NCBI RefSeq assembly: GCF_008831285.2
Contig: NC_045138.2
Coordinates: 9,362,001 to 9,426,000 of the forward strand
Direction of reading: 5' to 3'
Length of the DNA: 64,000 nucleotides
Origin: Nymphaea colorata
Lineage: Eukaryota
Shown: in pieces, positions 37,481 through 52,400 of the stretch
Position numbering within the stretch: the stretch's first letter is position 1
Layout of the letters: each line of letters opens with the position of its first letter
Notes under the pieces: model-generated
The model's input: the letters and a program-made list of their open reading frames with translations, nothing else
The model's database searches: none
What the model was told of the DNA's origin: nothing
Translations under genes and position numbers: made by a program

Positions 37481-40400
37481 GGCTTGATCTCATTTGTATT
37501 CATAAAAACTTGTAATTTTAGTCCGTTAAATTAATCAATGTAAGCGAAACAACTAGTTAAACTCATTGGATACAGTAAAAAGGAAAGCAAATGAACAACT
37601 TAGATCTCACTCGCATTCATACGATTTTGTGTTTTCAATCCCTTCGATCATTCAAAATGAACATAACAAGTTCAACTCATTGGATTAACTAGAAGTGGTC
37701 ATGGTTGACTTAAATCTCGTTCAAATTTTTAAACAAACTTGGGATTTGAAACCCTTAAATCATTCAATATAGATCTAACAACGAGTTAACTCATTCGCTG
37801 AGCTGTAGGTGATCAAATGAATGGCTTAAATCTCATTCGTATTCATAAAAACTTGTGATTTAAGTTCTTTTATAATCATTCAATATAAATGTATTCACAG
37901 GATAAATTCACTCGATTAACTGGAAGTGTTCAAATGAATGTCTTGCATCATATTCAGACAAACATGTAATTTCAATTCCTTGAATCATTAAATATCGATA
38001 TAAAAAGATGTTAAGCACATCAGATTTACTATAACGGATCACGTGAATGTCCTAAATCTCAATCCTCCATTCAATCAATACAAATATAACAAGTTAAACT
38101 CATTGACATAACTATAACAGATAAAATGAATGACTTAATTTCCGTTCATATGCCTATGAACTTGTTATCTTAAGCCCTTAAATCTTTCAATATAGATATA
38201 GCAACAAATTAAACTCATTGGATTAACTACGTGTATGTTATACATTGTACGTATACATGTAATGTGTACATGCATATAACAACATAGATTATAGAATATG
38301 TGCACATATACATAATGTCTGTGCGTGTGTGTGCATATGTACATTGTATGTACAAGTACATATGTAATCTATATATCGTATACTTATCACTCGTACACAT
38401 ATATTACGTGTTTTATACATATACATATTATTATAGAATATATGTATACAATACACATACATGCAGATAATACATATAACTAATTAAACGCGTTCAATTA
38501 ACTTTACTTGATCAAATGAATAACATTTATTTCATGCATATTCATTTGAACTTGTGATTTTGAAAGCCTTAAATCATCCAATATAAGCGTAACATGTTCA
38601 ACACATTGGATTAACTATAGTGAAGCAAATGAATTGATTAAAGTCTCATCTGTATTCATACAAACTTGTGATTTCAGTACATTAAATCAATCATTATAAA
38701 TTAACAACATGTTGAACACATTGGATTAACTATAGGAGATCGAATGAAAGGCTTAAATCCTATTCGTATTGATACGAACTTGTGATTTCAATCCCTTAAA
38801 TCAATCAATATAAATAAAACAAGTTCAACTCATGTTATTAACAATAAAGGAGCAAATCAATTGCTTAAATTTCATTCATATTCATACAAACGTTTCGTTT
38901 CAATACTTTTAACCGTTCAATATAAATGTAACAACAACTTAAAGTCATTGGATTAACTATAAGTAAGCAAATGAATTGCATAACCTCCATTCATTTATAT
39001 GAACTTGTGATTTCAATTCCTTAAATCGTTCTATGTAGACATAACAACAAGTTAAACGCATTCGATTACAAACGAGTGATGAAACGAATGTCTGAAATCA
39101 CGTTCATTAAACTGGAATGTAGTAATAAGTTGAACACATTGGATTTACTATTGGGGATCAAAAGAAATGCTTAAACCCCATTTGTCTTCACGCAGACCTG
39201 TGATTTCAGTCCCTTACATCAAACAATAGAATTGTAAGAACACGTTGAACTCAATTGGCTTTACTATAAGGGAGTAAATGGATGGCTTAAATCTCATTTG
39301 TGCTCATCCAAACTTGTGATTTCAATCCATTAAATAATTCATATACATGTGACAACAAGTTCATCTCATTCGATCAACTGTAGGTGATTCAATGAATGAC
39401 TTAACTCCCGATTGTTTTTAAAAAAACTTGTGATTTCAATCCCTTAAATCATTCAATGTAAAGGAAACAGCAAGCTCAACTCATTGGATTAATTAAATAG
39501 AGCAAATGAATGGCTTAAGTCTCATTCGTATTCACACTAACTTGTGATTTCAATTCCATAAATCATTTGACATAGGAATAACAAGTTAAACACATTGTTT
39601 TCTCTATAAGGGACCAAACGAATGGCGTAAATCTCATTCGTGTTCATACAAACTTGTAATTTCAATTCATAAATAATTGTACATTAACGTAACAAGATGC
39701 TAAACTCACTATATTGATCACTGAGCACTTGAATCTCATTCGTACTCACACAAGCTTATGGTTTCAATTACTTAAATGATTAAATATTGATAGTAAAAGA
39801 AGTTAGACGCATTGGATTTACAATAATGGATCAATTGAGTGGCTTGATCTCATTTGTATTCATAAAAACTTGTAATTTTAGTCCGTTAAATTAATCAATG
39901 TAAGCGAACAGCTAGTTAAACTCATTGGATACAGTAAAAAGGAAAGCAAATGAACAACTTAGATCTCACTCGCATTCATACGATTTTGTGTTTTCAATCC
40001 CTTCGATCATTCAAAATGAACGTAACAAGTTCAACTCATTGGATTAACTACAAGTGATCATGGTTGACTTAAATCTCGTTCAAATTTTTAAACAAACTTG
40101 GGATTTGAAACCCTTAAATAATTCAATATAGATCTAACAACGAGTTAACTCATTCGCTGAGCTGTAGGTGATCAAATGAATGGCTTAAATCTCATTTGTA
40201 TTCATACAAACTTGTGATTTAAGTTCTTTTATAATCATTCAATATAAATGTATTCACAGGGTAAACTCACTCGATTAACTGGAAGTGTTCAAATGAATGT
40301 CTTGCATCATATTCAGACAAACATGTAATTTCAATTCCTTGAATCATTAAATATCGATATAAAAAGATGTTAAGCACATCAGATTTACTATAACGGATCA

Positions 40401-43400
40401 CGTGAATGTCCTAAATCTCAATCCTCCATTCAATTAATACAAATATAACAAGTTAAACTCATTGACATAACTATAATAGATAAAATGAATGGCTTAATTT
40501 CCGTTCATATGCCTATGAACTTGTTATCTTAAGCCCTTAAATATTTCAATATAGATATAGCAACAAATTAAACTCATTGGATTTACTACGTTTATGTTAT
40601 ACATTGTACATATACATGTAATGTGTACATGCATATAACAACATATATTATAGAATATGTGCACATATACATAATGCCTGTGCGTGTGTGTGCATATGTA
40701 CATTGTATGTACATGTACATATGTAATCTATATATCGTATACTTATCACTCGTATACATATATTACGTGTTTTATACATATACATATTATTGTAGAATAT
40801 ATGTATACAATACACGTACATGCAGATAATACATATAACTAATTAAACGCGTTCAATTAACTTTACATGATCAAATAAATAACATTTATTTCATGCATAT
40901 TCATTTGAACTTGTGATTTTGAAACCCTTAAATCATCCAATATAGGCGTAACATGTTCAACACATTGGATTAACTATAGTGAAGCAAATGAATTGATTAA
41001 AGTTTCAACTGTATTCATACAAACTTGTGATTTCTGTACATTAAATCAATCATTATAAATTAACAACATGTTGAACACATTGGATTAACTATAGGAGATC
41101 GAATGAAAGGCTTAAATCCTATTCGTATTGATACGAACTTGTGATTTCAATCCCTTAAATCAAAAAAAAAAAAATAAAACAAGTTCAACTCATGTTATTA
41201 ACAATAAAGGAGCAAATCAATTGCTTAAATTTCATTCATATTCATACAAACGTTTCGTTTCAATGCTTTTAACCGTTCAATATAAATGTAACAACAACTT
41301 AAAGTCATTGGATTAACGATAAGTAAGCAAATGAATTGCATAACCTCCATTCATTTATATGAACTTGTGATTTCAATTCCTTAAATCGTTCTATGTAGAC
41401 ATAACAACAAGTTAAATGCATTCGATTACCTACAAGTGATGAAACGAATGTCTCAAATCACGTTCATTAAACCGGAATGTAGTAATAAGTTGAACACATT
41501 GGATTTACTATTGGGGATCAAAAGAAATACTTAAACCCCATTTGTCTTCATGCAGACCTGTGATTTTAGTCCCTTACATCAAACAGTAGAATTGTAAGAA
41601 CACGTTGAACTCTTCATTCATATTCATACAAACGTTTCGTTTCAATACTTTTAACCGTTCAATATAAATGTAACAACAACTTAAAGTCATTGGATTAACG
41701 ATAAGTAAGCAAATGAATTGCATAACCCCCATTCATTTATATGAACTTGTGATTTCAATTCCTTAACTCGTTCTATGTAGACATAACAACAAGTTATATG
41801 CATTCGATTACCTACAAGTGATGAAACGGATGTCTCAAATCACGTTCAGTAAACTGGAATGTAGTAATAAGCTGAACACATTGGATTTACTATTGGGGAT
41901 CAAAAGAAATGCTTAAACCCCATTTGTCTTCACGTAGACCTGTGATTTCAGTCCCTTACATCAAACAATAGAATTGTAAGAACACGTTGAACTCAATTGG
42001 CTTTACTATAAGGGAGTAAATGGATGGCTTAAATCTCATTTGTGCTCATGCAAACTTGTGATTTCAAACCATTAAATAATTCATATACATGTGACAACAA
42101 GTTCATCTCATTCGATCAACTGTAGGTGATTCAATGAATGACTTAAATCCCGAATGTTTTTAAAAAAACTTGTGATTTCAATTCCTTAAATCATTGAATG
42201 TAAAGGAAACAACAAGCTCAACTCATTGGATTAATTAAATAGAACAAATGAATGGCTTAAGTCTCATTCGTATTCACACTAACTTGTGATTTCAATTCCT
42301 TAAATCATTTGACATAGGAATAACAAGTTAAACACATTGTTTTTTCTATAAGGGACCAAATGAATGGCGTAAATCTCATTCGTGTTCATACAAACTTGTA
42401 ATTTCAATTCATAAATAATTGTAGATTAACGTAACAACATGCTAAACACACTATATTGATCACTGAGCAATTGAATCTCATTCGTACTCACACAAGCTTA
42501 TGGTTTCAACTACTTAAATGATTAAATATTGATATTAAAAGAAGTTACACGCATTGGATTTACAATAATGGATCAATTGAGTGGCTTGATCTCATTTGTA
42601 TTCATAAAAACTTGTAATTTTAGTCCGTTAAATTAATCAATGTAAGCGAAACAGCTAGTTAAACTCATTGGATACAGTAAAAAGGAAAGCAAATGAACAA
42701 CTTAGATCTCACTCGCATTCATACGATTTTGTGTTTTCAATCCCTTCGATCATTCAAAATGAACGTAACAAGTTCAACTCATTGGATTAACTAGAAGTGG
42801 TCATGGTTGACTTAAATCTCGTTCAAATTTTTAAACAAACTTGGGATTTGAAACCCTTAAATCATTCAATATAGATCTAACAACGAGTTAACTCAATCGC
42901 TGAGCTGTAGGTGATCAAATGAATGACTTAAATCTCATTCGTATTGATACAAACTTGTGATTTAAGTTCTTTTATAATCATTCAATATAAATGTATTCAC
43001 AGGATAAACTCACTCGATTAACTGGAAGTGTTCAAATGAATGTCTTGCATCATATTCAGACAAACATGTAATTTCAATTCCTTGAATCATTAAATATCGA
43101 TATAAAAAGATGTTAAGCACATCAGATTTACTATAACGGATCACGTGAATGTCCTAAATCTCAATCCTCCATTCAATCAATACAAATATAACAAGTTAAA
43201 CTCATTGACATAACTATAACAGATAAAATGAATGGCTTAATTTCCGTTCATATGCCTATGAACTTGTTATCTTAAGCCCTTAAATCTTTCAATATAGATA
43301 TAGCAACAAATTAAACTCATTGGATTAACTACGTGTATGTTATACATTGTACGTATACATGTAATGTGTACATGCATATAACAACATAGATTATAGAATA

Positions 43401-46400
43401 TGTGCACATATACATAATGCCTGTGCGTGTGTGTGCATATGTACATTGTTTGTACATGTACGTATGTAATCTATATATCGTATACTTATCACTCGTATAC
43501 ATATATTACGTGTTTTATACATAAACATATTATTGTAGAATATATGTATACAATACACGTACATGCAGATAATACATATAACTAATTAAACGTGTTCAAT
43601 TAACTTTACATGATCAAATGAATAACATTTATTTCATGCATATTCATTTGAACTCGTGATTTTGAAACCCTTAAATCATCCAATATAAGCGTAACATGTT
43701 CAACACAATGGATTAACTATAGTGAAGCAAATGAATTGATTAAAGTCTCATTTGTATTCATACAAACTTGTGATTTCAGTACATTAAATAAATCATTATA
43801 AATTAACAACATGTTGAACACATTGGATTAACTATAGGGGATCGAATGAAAGGCTTAAATCCTATTCGTATTGATACGAACTTGTGATTTCAATCCCTTA
43901 AATCAATCAATATAAATAAAACAAGTTCAACTCATGTTATTACAATAAAGGAGCAAATCAATTGCTTAAATTTCAATCATATTCATACAAACGTTTCGTT
44001 TCAATACTTTTAACCGTTCAATATAAATGTAACAACAACTTAAAGTCATTGGATCAACGATCAGTAAGCAAATGAATGGCATAACCCCCATTCATTTATA
44101 TGAACTTGTGATTTCAATTCCTTATATCGTTTTATGTAGACATAACAACAGGTTAAACGCATTCGATTACCTACAAGTGATGAAACAAATGTCTCAAATC
44201 ATGTTCATTAAACTGGAATGTAGTAATAAGTTGAACACATTGGATTTACTATTGGTGATCAAAAGAAATACTTAAACCCCATTTGTCTTCACGCAGACCT
44301 ATGATTTCAGTCCCTTACATCAAACAGTAGAATTGTAAGAACACGTTGAACTCTTCATTCATATTCATACAAACGTTTCGTTTCAAGACTTTTAACCGTT
44401 CAATATAAATGTAACAACTTAAAGTCATTGGATTGAAGATAAGTAAGCAAATGAATTGCATAACCCTCATTCATTTATATGAACTTGTGATTTCAATTCC
44501 TTAAATCGTTTTATGTAAACATAACAACAAGTTAAACGCATTCGATTACCTACAAGTGATGAAACGAATGTCTCAAATCACGTTCATTAAACTGGAATGT
44601 AGTAATAAGTTGAACACATTGGATTTACTATTGGGGATCAAAAGAAATGCTTAAACCCCATTTGTCTTCACGCAGACCTGTGATTTCAGTCCCTTACATC
44701 AAACAGTAGAATTGTAAGAAAACGTTGAACTCAATTGGCTTTACTATAAGGGAGTAAATGGATGGCTTAAATCTGATTTGTGCTCATGCAAACTTGTGAT
44801 TTCAATCCATTAAATAATTCATATACATGTGACAACAAGTTCATCTCATTCGATCAACTGTAGGTGATTCAATGAATGACTTAAATCCCGATTGTTTTTA
44901 AAAAAACTTGTGATTTCAATCCCTTAAATCATTCAATGTAAAGGAAACAACAAGCTCAACTCATTGGATTAATTAAATAGAGCAAATGAATGGCTTAAGT
45001 CTCATTCGTAATCACACTAACTTGTGATTTCAATTCCTTAAATCATTTGACATAGGTATAACAAGTTAAACACATTGTTTTTTTTATAAGGGACCAAACG
45101 AATGGCGTAAATCTCATTCGTGTTCACACAAACTTGTAATTTCAATTCATAAATAATTGTACATTAACGTAACAACATGCTAAACTCACTATATTGATCA
45201 CTGAGCAATTGAATCTCATTCGTACTCACACAAGCTTGTGGTTTCAATTACTTAAATGATTAAATATTGATATTAAAAGAAGTTACACGCATTGGATTTA
45301 CAATAATGGATCAATTGAGTGGCTTGATCTCATTTGTATTCATAAAAACTTGTAATTTTAGTCCGTTCAATTAATCAATGTAAGCGAAACAGGTAGTTAA
45401 ACTCATTGGATACAGTAAAAAGCAAAGCAAATGAACAACTTAGATCTCACTCGCATTCATACGATTTTGTGTTTTCAATGCCTTTGATCATTCAAAATGA
45501 ACGTAACAAGTTCAACTCATTGGATTAACTACAACTGATCATGGTTGACTTAAATCTCATTCAAATTTTTAAACAAACTTGGGATTTGAAACCCTTAAAT
45601 CATTCAATATAGATCTAACAACGAGTTAACTCAATCGTTGAGCTGTAGGTGATCAAATGAATGGCTTAAATCTCATTCGTATTCATACAAACTTGTGATT
45701 TAAGTTCTTTTATAATCATTCAATATAAATGTATTCACAGGATAAACTCACTCGATTAACTGGAAGTGTTCAAATGAATGTCTTGCATCATATTCAGACA
45801 AACATGTAATTTCAATTCCTTGAATCATTAAATATTGATATAAAAAGATGTTAAGCACATCAGATTTACTATAACGGATCACGTGAATGTCCTAAATCTC
45901 AATCCTCCATTCAATCAATACAAATATAACAAGTTAAACTCATTGACATAACTATAACAGATAAAATGAATGGCTTAATGTCCGTTCATATGCCTATGAA
46001 CTTGTTATATTAAGCCCTTAAATCTTTCAATATAGATATAGCAACAAATTAAAGTCATTGGATTAACTACGTGTATGTTATACATTGTACGTATACATGT
46101 AATGTGTACATGCATATAACAACATAGATTATAGAATATGTGCACATATACATAATGCCTATGCGTGTGTGTGCATATGTATATTTTTTGTACATGTACG
46201 TATGTAATCTATATATGGTATACTTATCACTCATATACATATATTACGTGTTTTATACATAAACATATTATTGTAGAATATATGTATACAATACACGTAC
46301 AAGCAGATAATACATATAACTAATTAAACGCGTTCAAATAACTTTACATGATCAAATGAATAACATTTATTTCATGCATATTCATTTGAACTTGTGATTT

Positions 46401-49400
46401 TCAAACCCTTAAATCATCCAATATAAGCGTAACATGTTCAACACATTGGATTAACTATAGTGAAGCAAATGAATTGATTAAAGTCTCATCTGTATTCATA
46501 CAAACTTGTGATTTCAGTACATTAAATCAATCATTATAAATTAACAACATGTTGAACACATTGGATTAACTATAGGGGATCGAATGAAAGGCTCAAATCC
46601 TATTCGTATTGATACGAACTTGTGATTTCAATCCCTTAAATCAATCAACATAAATAAAACAAGTTCAACTCATGTTATTAACAATAAAGGAGCAAATCAA
46701 TTGCTTAAATTTCATTCATATTCATACAAACGTTTCGTTTCAATACTTTTAACCGTTCAATATAAGTGTAACAACAACTTAAAGTCATTGGATTAACGAT
46801 AAGTAAGCAAATGAATTGCATAACCCCCATTCATTTATATGAACTTGTGATTTCAATTCCTTAAATCGTTTTATGTAGACAAAACAACAAGTTAAACGCA
46901 TTCGATTACCTACAAGTGATGAAACGAATGTCTCAAATCACGTTCATTAAACTGGAATGTAGTAATAAGTTGAACACATTGGATTTACTATTGGGGATCA
47001 AAAGAAATGCTTAAACCCCATTTGTCTTCACGCAGACCTGTGATTTCAGTCCCTTACATCAAACAGTAGAATTGTAAGAACACGTTGAACTCAATTGGCT
47101 TTACTATAAGGGAGTAAATGGATGGCTTAAATCTCATTTGTGCTCATGCAAACTTGTGATTTCAATCCATTAAATAATTCATATACATGTGACAACAAGT
47201 TCATCTCATTCGATCAACTGTAGGTAATTCAACGAATGACTTAAATCCTGATTGTTTTTAAAAAAACTTGTGATTTCAATCCCTTAAATCATTCAATGTA
47301 AAGAAAACAGCAAGCTCAACTCATTGGATTAATTAAATAGAGCAAATGAATGGCTTAAGTCTCATTCGTATTCACACTAACTTGTGATTTCAATTCCTCA
47401 AATCATTTGACATAGGAATAACAAGTTAAACACATTGTTTTTTCTATAATGGACCAAACGAATGGCGTAAGTCTCATTCGTGTTCATACAAACTTGTAAT
47501 TTCAATTCATAAATAATTGTACATTAACGTAACAACATGATAAACTCACTATATTGATCACTGAGCAATTGAATCTCATTCATACGCACACAAGGTTATG
47601 GTTTGGATTACTTAAATGATTAAATATTGATATAAAAAGAAGTTACACGCATTGGATTTAAAATAATGGATCAATTGAGTGGCTTGATCTCATTTGAATT
47701 CCTAAAAACTTGTAATTTTAGCCCGTTAAATTAATCAATGTAAGCGAAACAGCTAGTTAAACTCATTGGATACAGTAAAAACCAAAGGAAATGAACAACT
47801 TAGATATCACTCCCATTCATTCGATTTTGTATTTTCAATCCCTTCGAACATTCAAAATGAACGTAACAAGTTCAACTCATTGGATTAACTACAAGTGATC
47901 ATGGTTGACTTAAATCTCGTTCAAATTTTTAAACAAACTTGGGATTTGAAACCCTTAAATCATTCCATATAGATCTAACAACGAGTTAACTCATTCGCTG
48001 AGCTGTTGGTGTTGAAATGAACGGCCTAAATTTCATTCGTAAATCATTCAATATAAATGTATTTACAGGATAAACTCACTCGATTAACTGGAAGTGTTCA
48101 AATGAATGTCTTGCATCATATTCAGACAAACATGTAATTTCAATTCCTTGAATCATTAAATATTGATATAAAAGGATGTTAAGCACATCAGATTTACTAT
48201 AACGGATCACGTGAATGTCCTAAATCTCAATCCTCCATTCAATCAATACAAATATAACAAGTTAAACTCATTGACATAACTATAACAGATAAACTGAATG
48301 GTTTAATTTCCGTTCATATGCCTATGAACTTGTTATCTTAAGCTCTTAAATCTTTCAATATAGATATAGCAACAAATTAAACTCATTGAATTAACTACGT
48401 GTAGGTTATACATTGTACGTATACATGTAATGTGTACATGCATATAACAACATAGATTATAGAATATGTGCACATATACATAATGCCTGTGCGTGTGTGT
48501 GCATATGTACATTGTATGTACATGTACATATGTAATCTATATATCGTATACTTATCACTCGTATACATATATTACGTGTTTTATACATATACATATTATT
48601 GTAAAATATATGTATACAATACACGTACATGCAGATAATACATATAACAAATTAAACGCGTTCAATTAACTTTACATGATCAAATGAATGACATTTATTT
48701 CATGCATATTCATTTGAACTTGTGATTTTGAAACCCTTAAATCATCCAATATAAGCGTAACATGTTCAACGCATTGGATTAACTATAGTGAAGCAAATGA
48801 ATTGATTAAAGTCTCATCTGTATTCATACAAACTTGTGATTTCGGTACATTAAATCAATCATTATAAATTAACAACTTGTTGAACACATTGGATTAACTA
48901 TAGGTGATCGAATGAAAGGCTTAAAGCCTATTCGTATTGATACGAACTTGTGATTTCAATCCCTTAAATCAATCAATATAAATAAAACAAGTTCAACTCA
49001 TGTTATTAACAATAAAGGAGCAAATCAATTGCTTAAATTTCATTCATATTCATACGAACGTTTCATTTCAATACTTTTAACCGTTCAATATAAATGTAAC
49101 AACAACTTAAAGTCATTGGATTAATGATAAGTAAGCAAATGAATTGCATAACCCCCATTCATTTATATGAACTTGTGATTTCAATTCCTTAAATCGTTCC
49201 ATGTAGACATAACAACAAGTTAAACGCATTCGATCACCTACAAGTGATAAAACGAATGTCACAAATCACGTTCATTAAACTGGAATGTAGTAATAACTTG
49301 AACACATTAGATTTACTATTGGGGATCAAAAGAAATGCTTAAACCCCATTTGTCTTCACGCAGACCTGTGATTTTAGTCCCTTACATCAAACAGTAGAAT

Positions 49401-52400
49401 TGTAAGAACACGTTGAACTCAATTGGCTTTACTATAAGGGAGTAAATGAAAGGCTTAAATCCTATTCGTATTGATACGAACTTGTGATTTCAATCCCTTA
49501 AATCAATCAATATAAATAAAACAAGTTCAACTCATGTTATTCACAATAAAGGAGCAAATCAATTGCTTACATTTCATTCATATTCATACAAACGTTTCGT
49601 TTCAATACTTTTAACCGTTCAATATAAATTTAACAACAACTTAAAGTCATTGGATTAACGATAAGTAAGCAAATGAATGGCATAACCTCCATTCATTTAT
49701 ATGAACTTGTGATTTCAATTCCTTAAATCGTTCCATGTAGACATAACAACAAGTTAAACGCATTCGATTACCTACGAGTGATGAAACAAATGTCTCAAAT
49801 CACGCTCATTAAACTGGAATGTAGTAATAAGTTGAACACATTGGATTTACTATTGGGGATCAAAAGAAATGCTAAAACCCCATTTGTCTTCACGCAGACC
49901 TGTGATTTCAGTCCCTTACATGAAACAGTAGAATTGTAAGAACACGTTGAACTCAATTGGCTTTACTATAAGAGAGTAAATGGATGGCTTAAATCTCATT
50001 TGTGCTCATGCAAACTTGTGATTTCAATCCATTAAATAATTCATATACATGTGACAACAAGTTCATCTCATTCGATCAACTGTAGGTGATTCAATGAATG
50101 ACTTAAATCCCGATTGTTTTTAAAAAAACTTGTGATTTCAATCCCTTAAATCATTCAATGTAAAGGAAACAGCAAGCTCAACTCATTGGATTAATTAAAT
50201 AGAGCAAATAAATGACTTAAGTCTCATTTGTATTCACACTAACTTGTGATTTCAATTCCTTAAATCATTTGACATAGGAATAACAAGTTAAACAGATTGT
50301 TTTTTCTACATGGGACCAAACGAATGGCGTAAATCTTTTTCGTGTTCATACAAACTTGTAATTTCAATTCATAAATAATTGTACATTAACGTAACAACAT
50401 GCTAAACTCACTATATTGATCACTGAGCAATTGAATCTCATTCGTACGCACACAAGCTTATGGTTTCAATTACTTAAATGATTAAATATTGATATTAAAA
50501 GAAGTTACACGCATTGGATTTACAATAATGGATCAATTGAGTGGCTTGATCTCATTTGTATTCATAAAAACTTATAATTTTAGTCCGTTAAATTAATCAA
50601 TGTAAGCGAAACAGGTAGTTAAACTCATTGGATACAGTAAAAAGCAAAGCAAAGGAACAACTTAGATCTCACTCGCATTCATACGATTTTGTGTTTTCAA
50701 TCCCTTCGATCATTCAAAATGAACGTAACAAGTTCAACTCATTGGATTAACTAGAAGTGATCATGGTTGACTTAAATCTAGTTCAAATTTTTAAACAAAC
50801 TTGGGATTTGAAACCCTTAAATCATCCAATATAGATCTAACAACGAGTTAACTCATTCGCTGAGCTGTAGGTGATCAAATGAATGGCTTAAATCTCATTC
50901 GTATTCATACAAACTTGTGATTTAAGTTCTTTTATAATCCTTCAATATAAATGTATTCACAGGACAAACTCACTCAATTAACTGGAAGTGTTCAAATGAA
51001 TGTCTTGCATCATATTCAGACAAACATGTAATTTCAATTCCTCGAATCATTAATTATCGATATAAAAGGATGTTAAGCACATCAGATTTACTATAACGGA
51101 TCACGTGAATGTCCTAAAGCTCAATCCTCCATTCAATCAATACAAATATAACAAGTTAAACTCATTGACATAACTATAATAGATAAAATGAATGGCTTAA
51201 TTTCCGTTCATATGCCTATGAACTTGTTATCTTAAGCCCTTAAATCTTTCAATATAGATATAGCAACATAGATTATAGAATATGTGCACGTATACATAAT
51301 GCCTGTGCGTGTGTGTGCATATGTACATTGTATGTACATGTACACATGTAATCTATATATCGTATACTTATCACTCGTATACATATATTACGTATTTTAT
51401 ACATATACATATTATTGTAGAATATATGTATACAATACACGTACATGCAGATAATACATATAACTAATTAAACGCGTTCAATTAACTTTACATGATCAAA
51501 TGAATAACATTTATTTCATGCATATTCATTTGAACTTGTGATTTTGAAACCCTTAAATCATCCAATATAAGCGTAACATGTTCAACGCATTGGATTAACT
51601 ATATTGAAGCAAATGAATTGATTAAAGTCTCATCTGTATTCATACAAACTTGTGATTTCGGTACATTAAATCAATCATTATAAATTAACAACATGTTGAA
51701 CACATTGGATTAACTATAGGTGATCGAATGAAAGGCTTAAATCCTATTCGTATTGATACGAACTTGTGATTTCAATCCCTTAAATCAATCAATATAAATA
51801 AAACAAGTTCAACTCATGTTATTAACAATAAAGGAGCAAATCAATTGCTTAAATTTCATTCATATTCATACAAACGTTTCGTTTCAATACTTTTAACCGT
51901 TCAATATAAATGTAACAACAACTTAAAGTCATTGGATTAACGATAAGTAAACAAATGAATTGCATAACCCCCATTCATTTATATGAACTTGTGATTTCAA
52001 TTCCTTAAATCGTTCTATGTAGACATAACAACAAGTTAAACGCATTCGATCACCTACAAGTGATGAAACGAATGTCACAAATCACGTTCATTAAACTGGA
52101 ATGTAGTAAAAAGTTGAACACATTAGATTTACTATTGGGGATCAAAAGAAATGCTTAAACCCCATTTGTCTTCATGCAGACCTGTGATTTCAGTCCTTTA
52201 CATCAAACAGTAGAATTGTAAGAACACGTTGAACTCAATTGGCTTTACTATAAGGGAGTAAATGAAAGGCTTAAATCCTATTCGTATTGATACGAACTTG
52301 TGATTTCAATCCCTTAAATCAATCAATATAAATAAAACAAGTTCAACTCATGTTATTAACAATAAAGGAGCAAATCAATTGCTTACATTTCATTCATATT

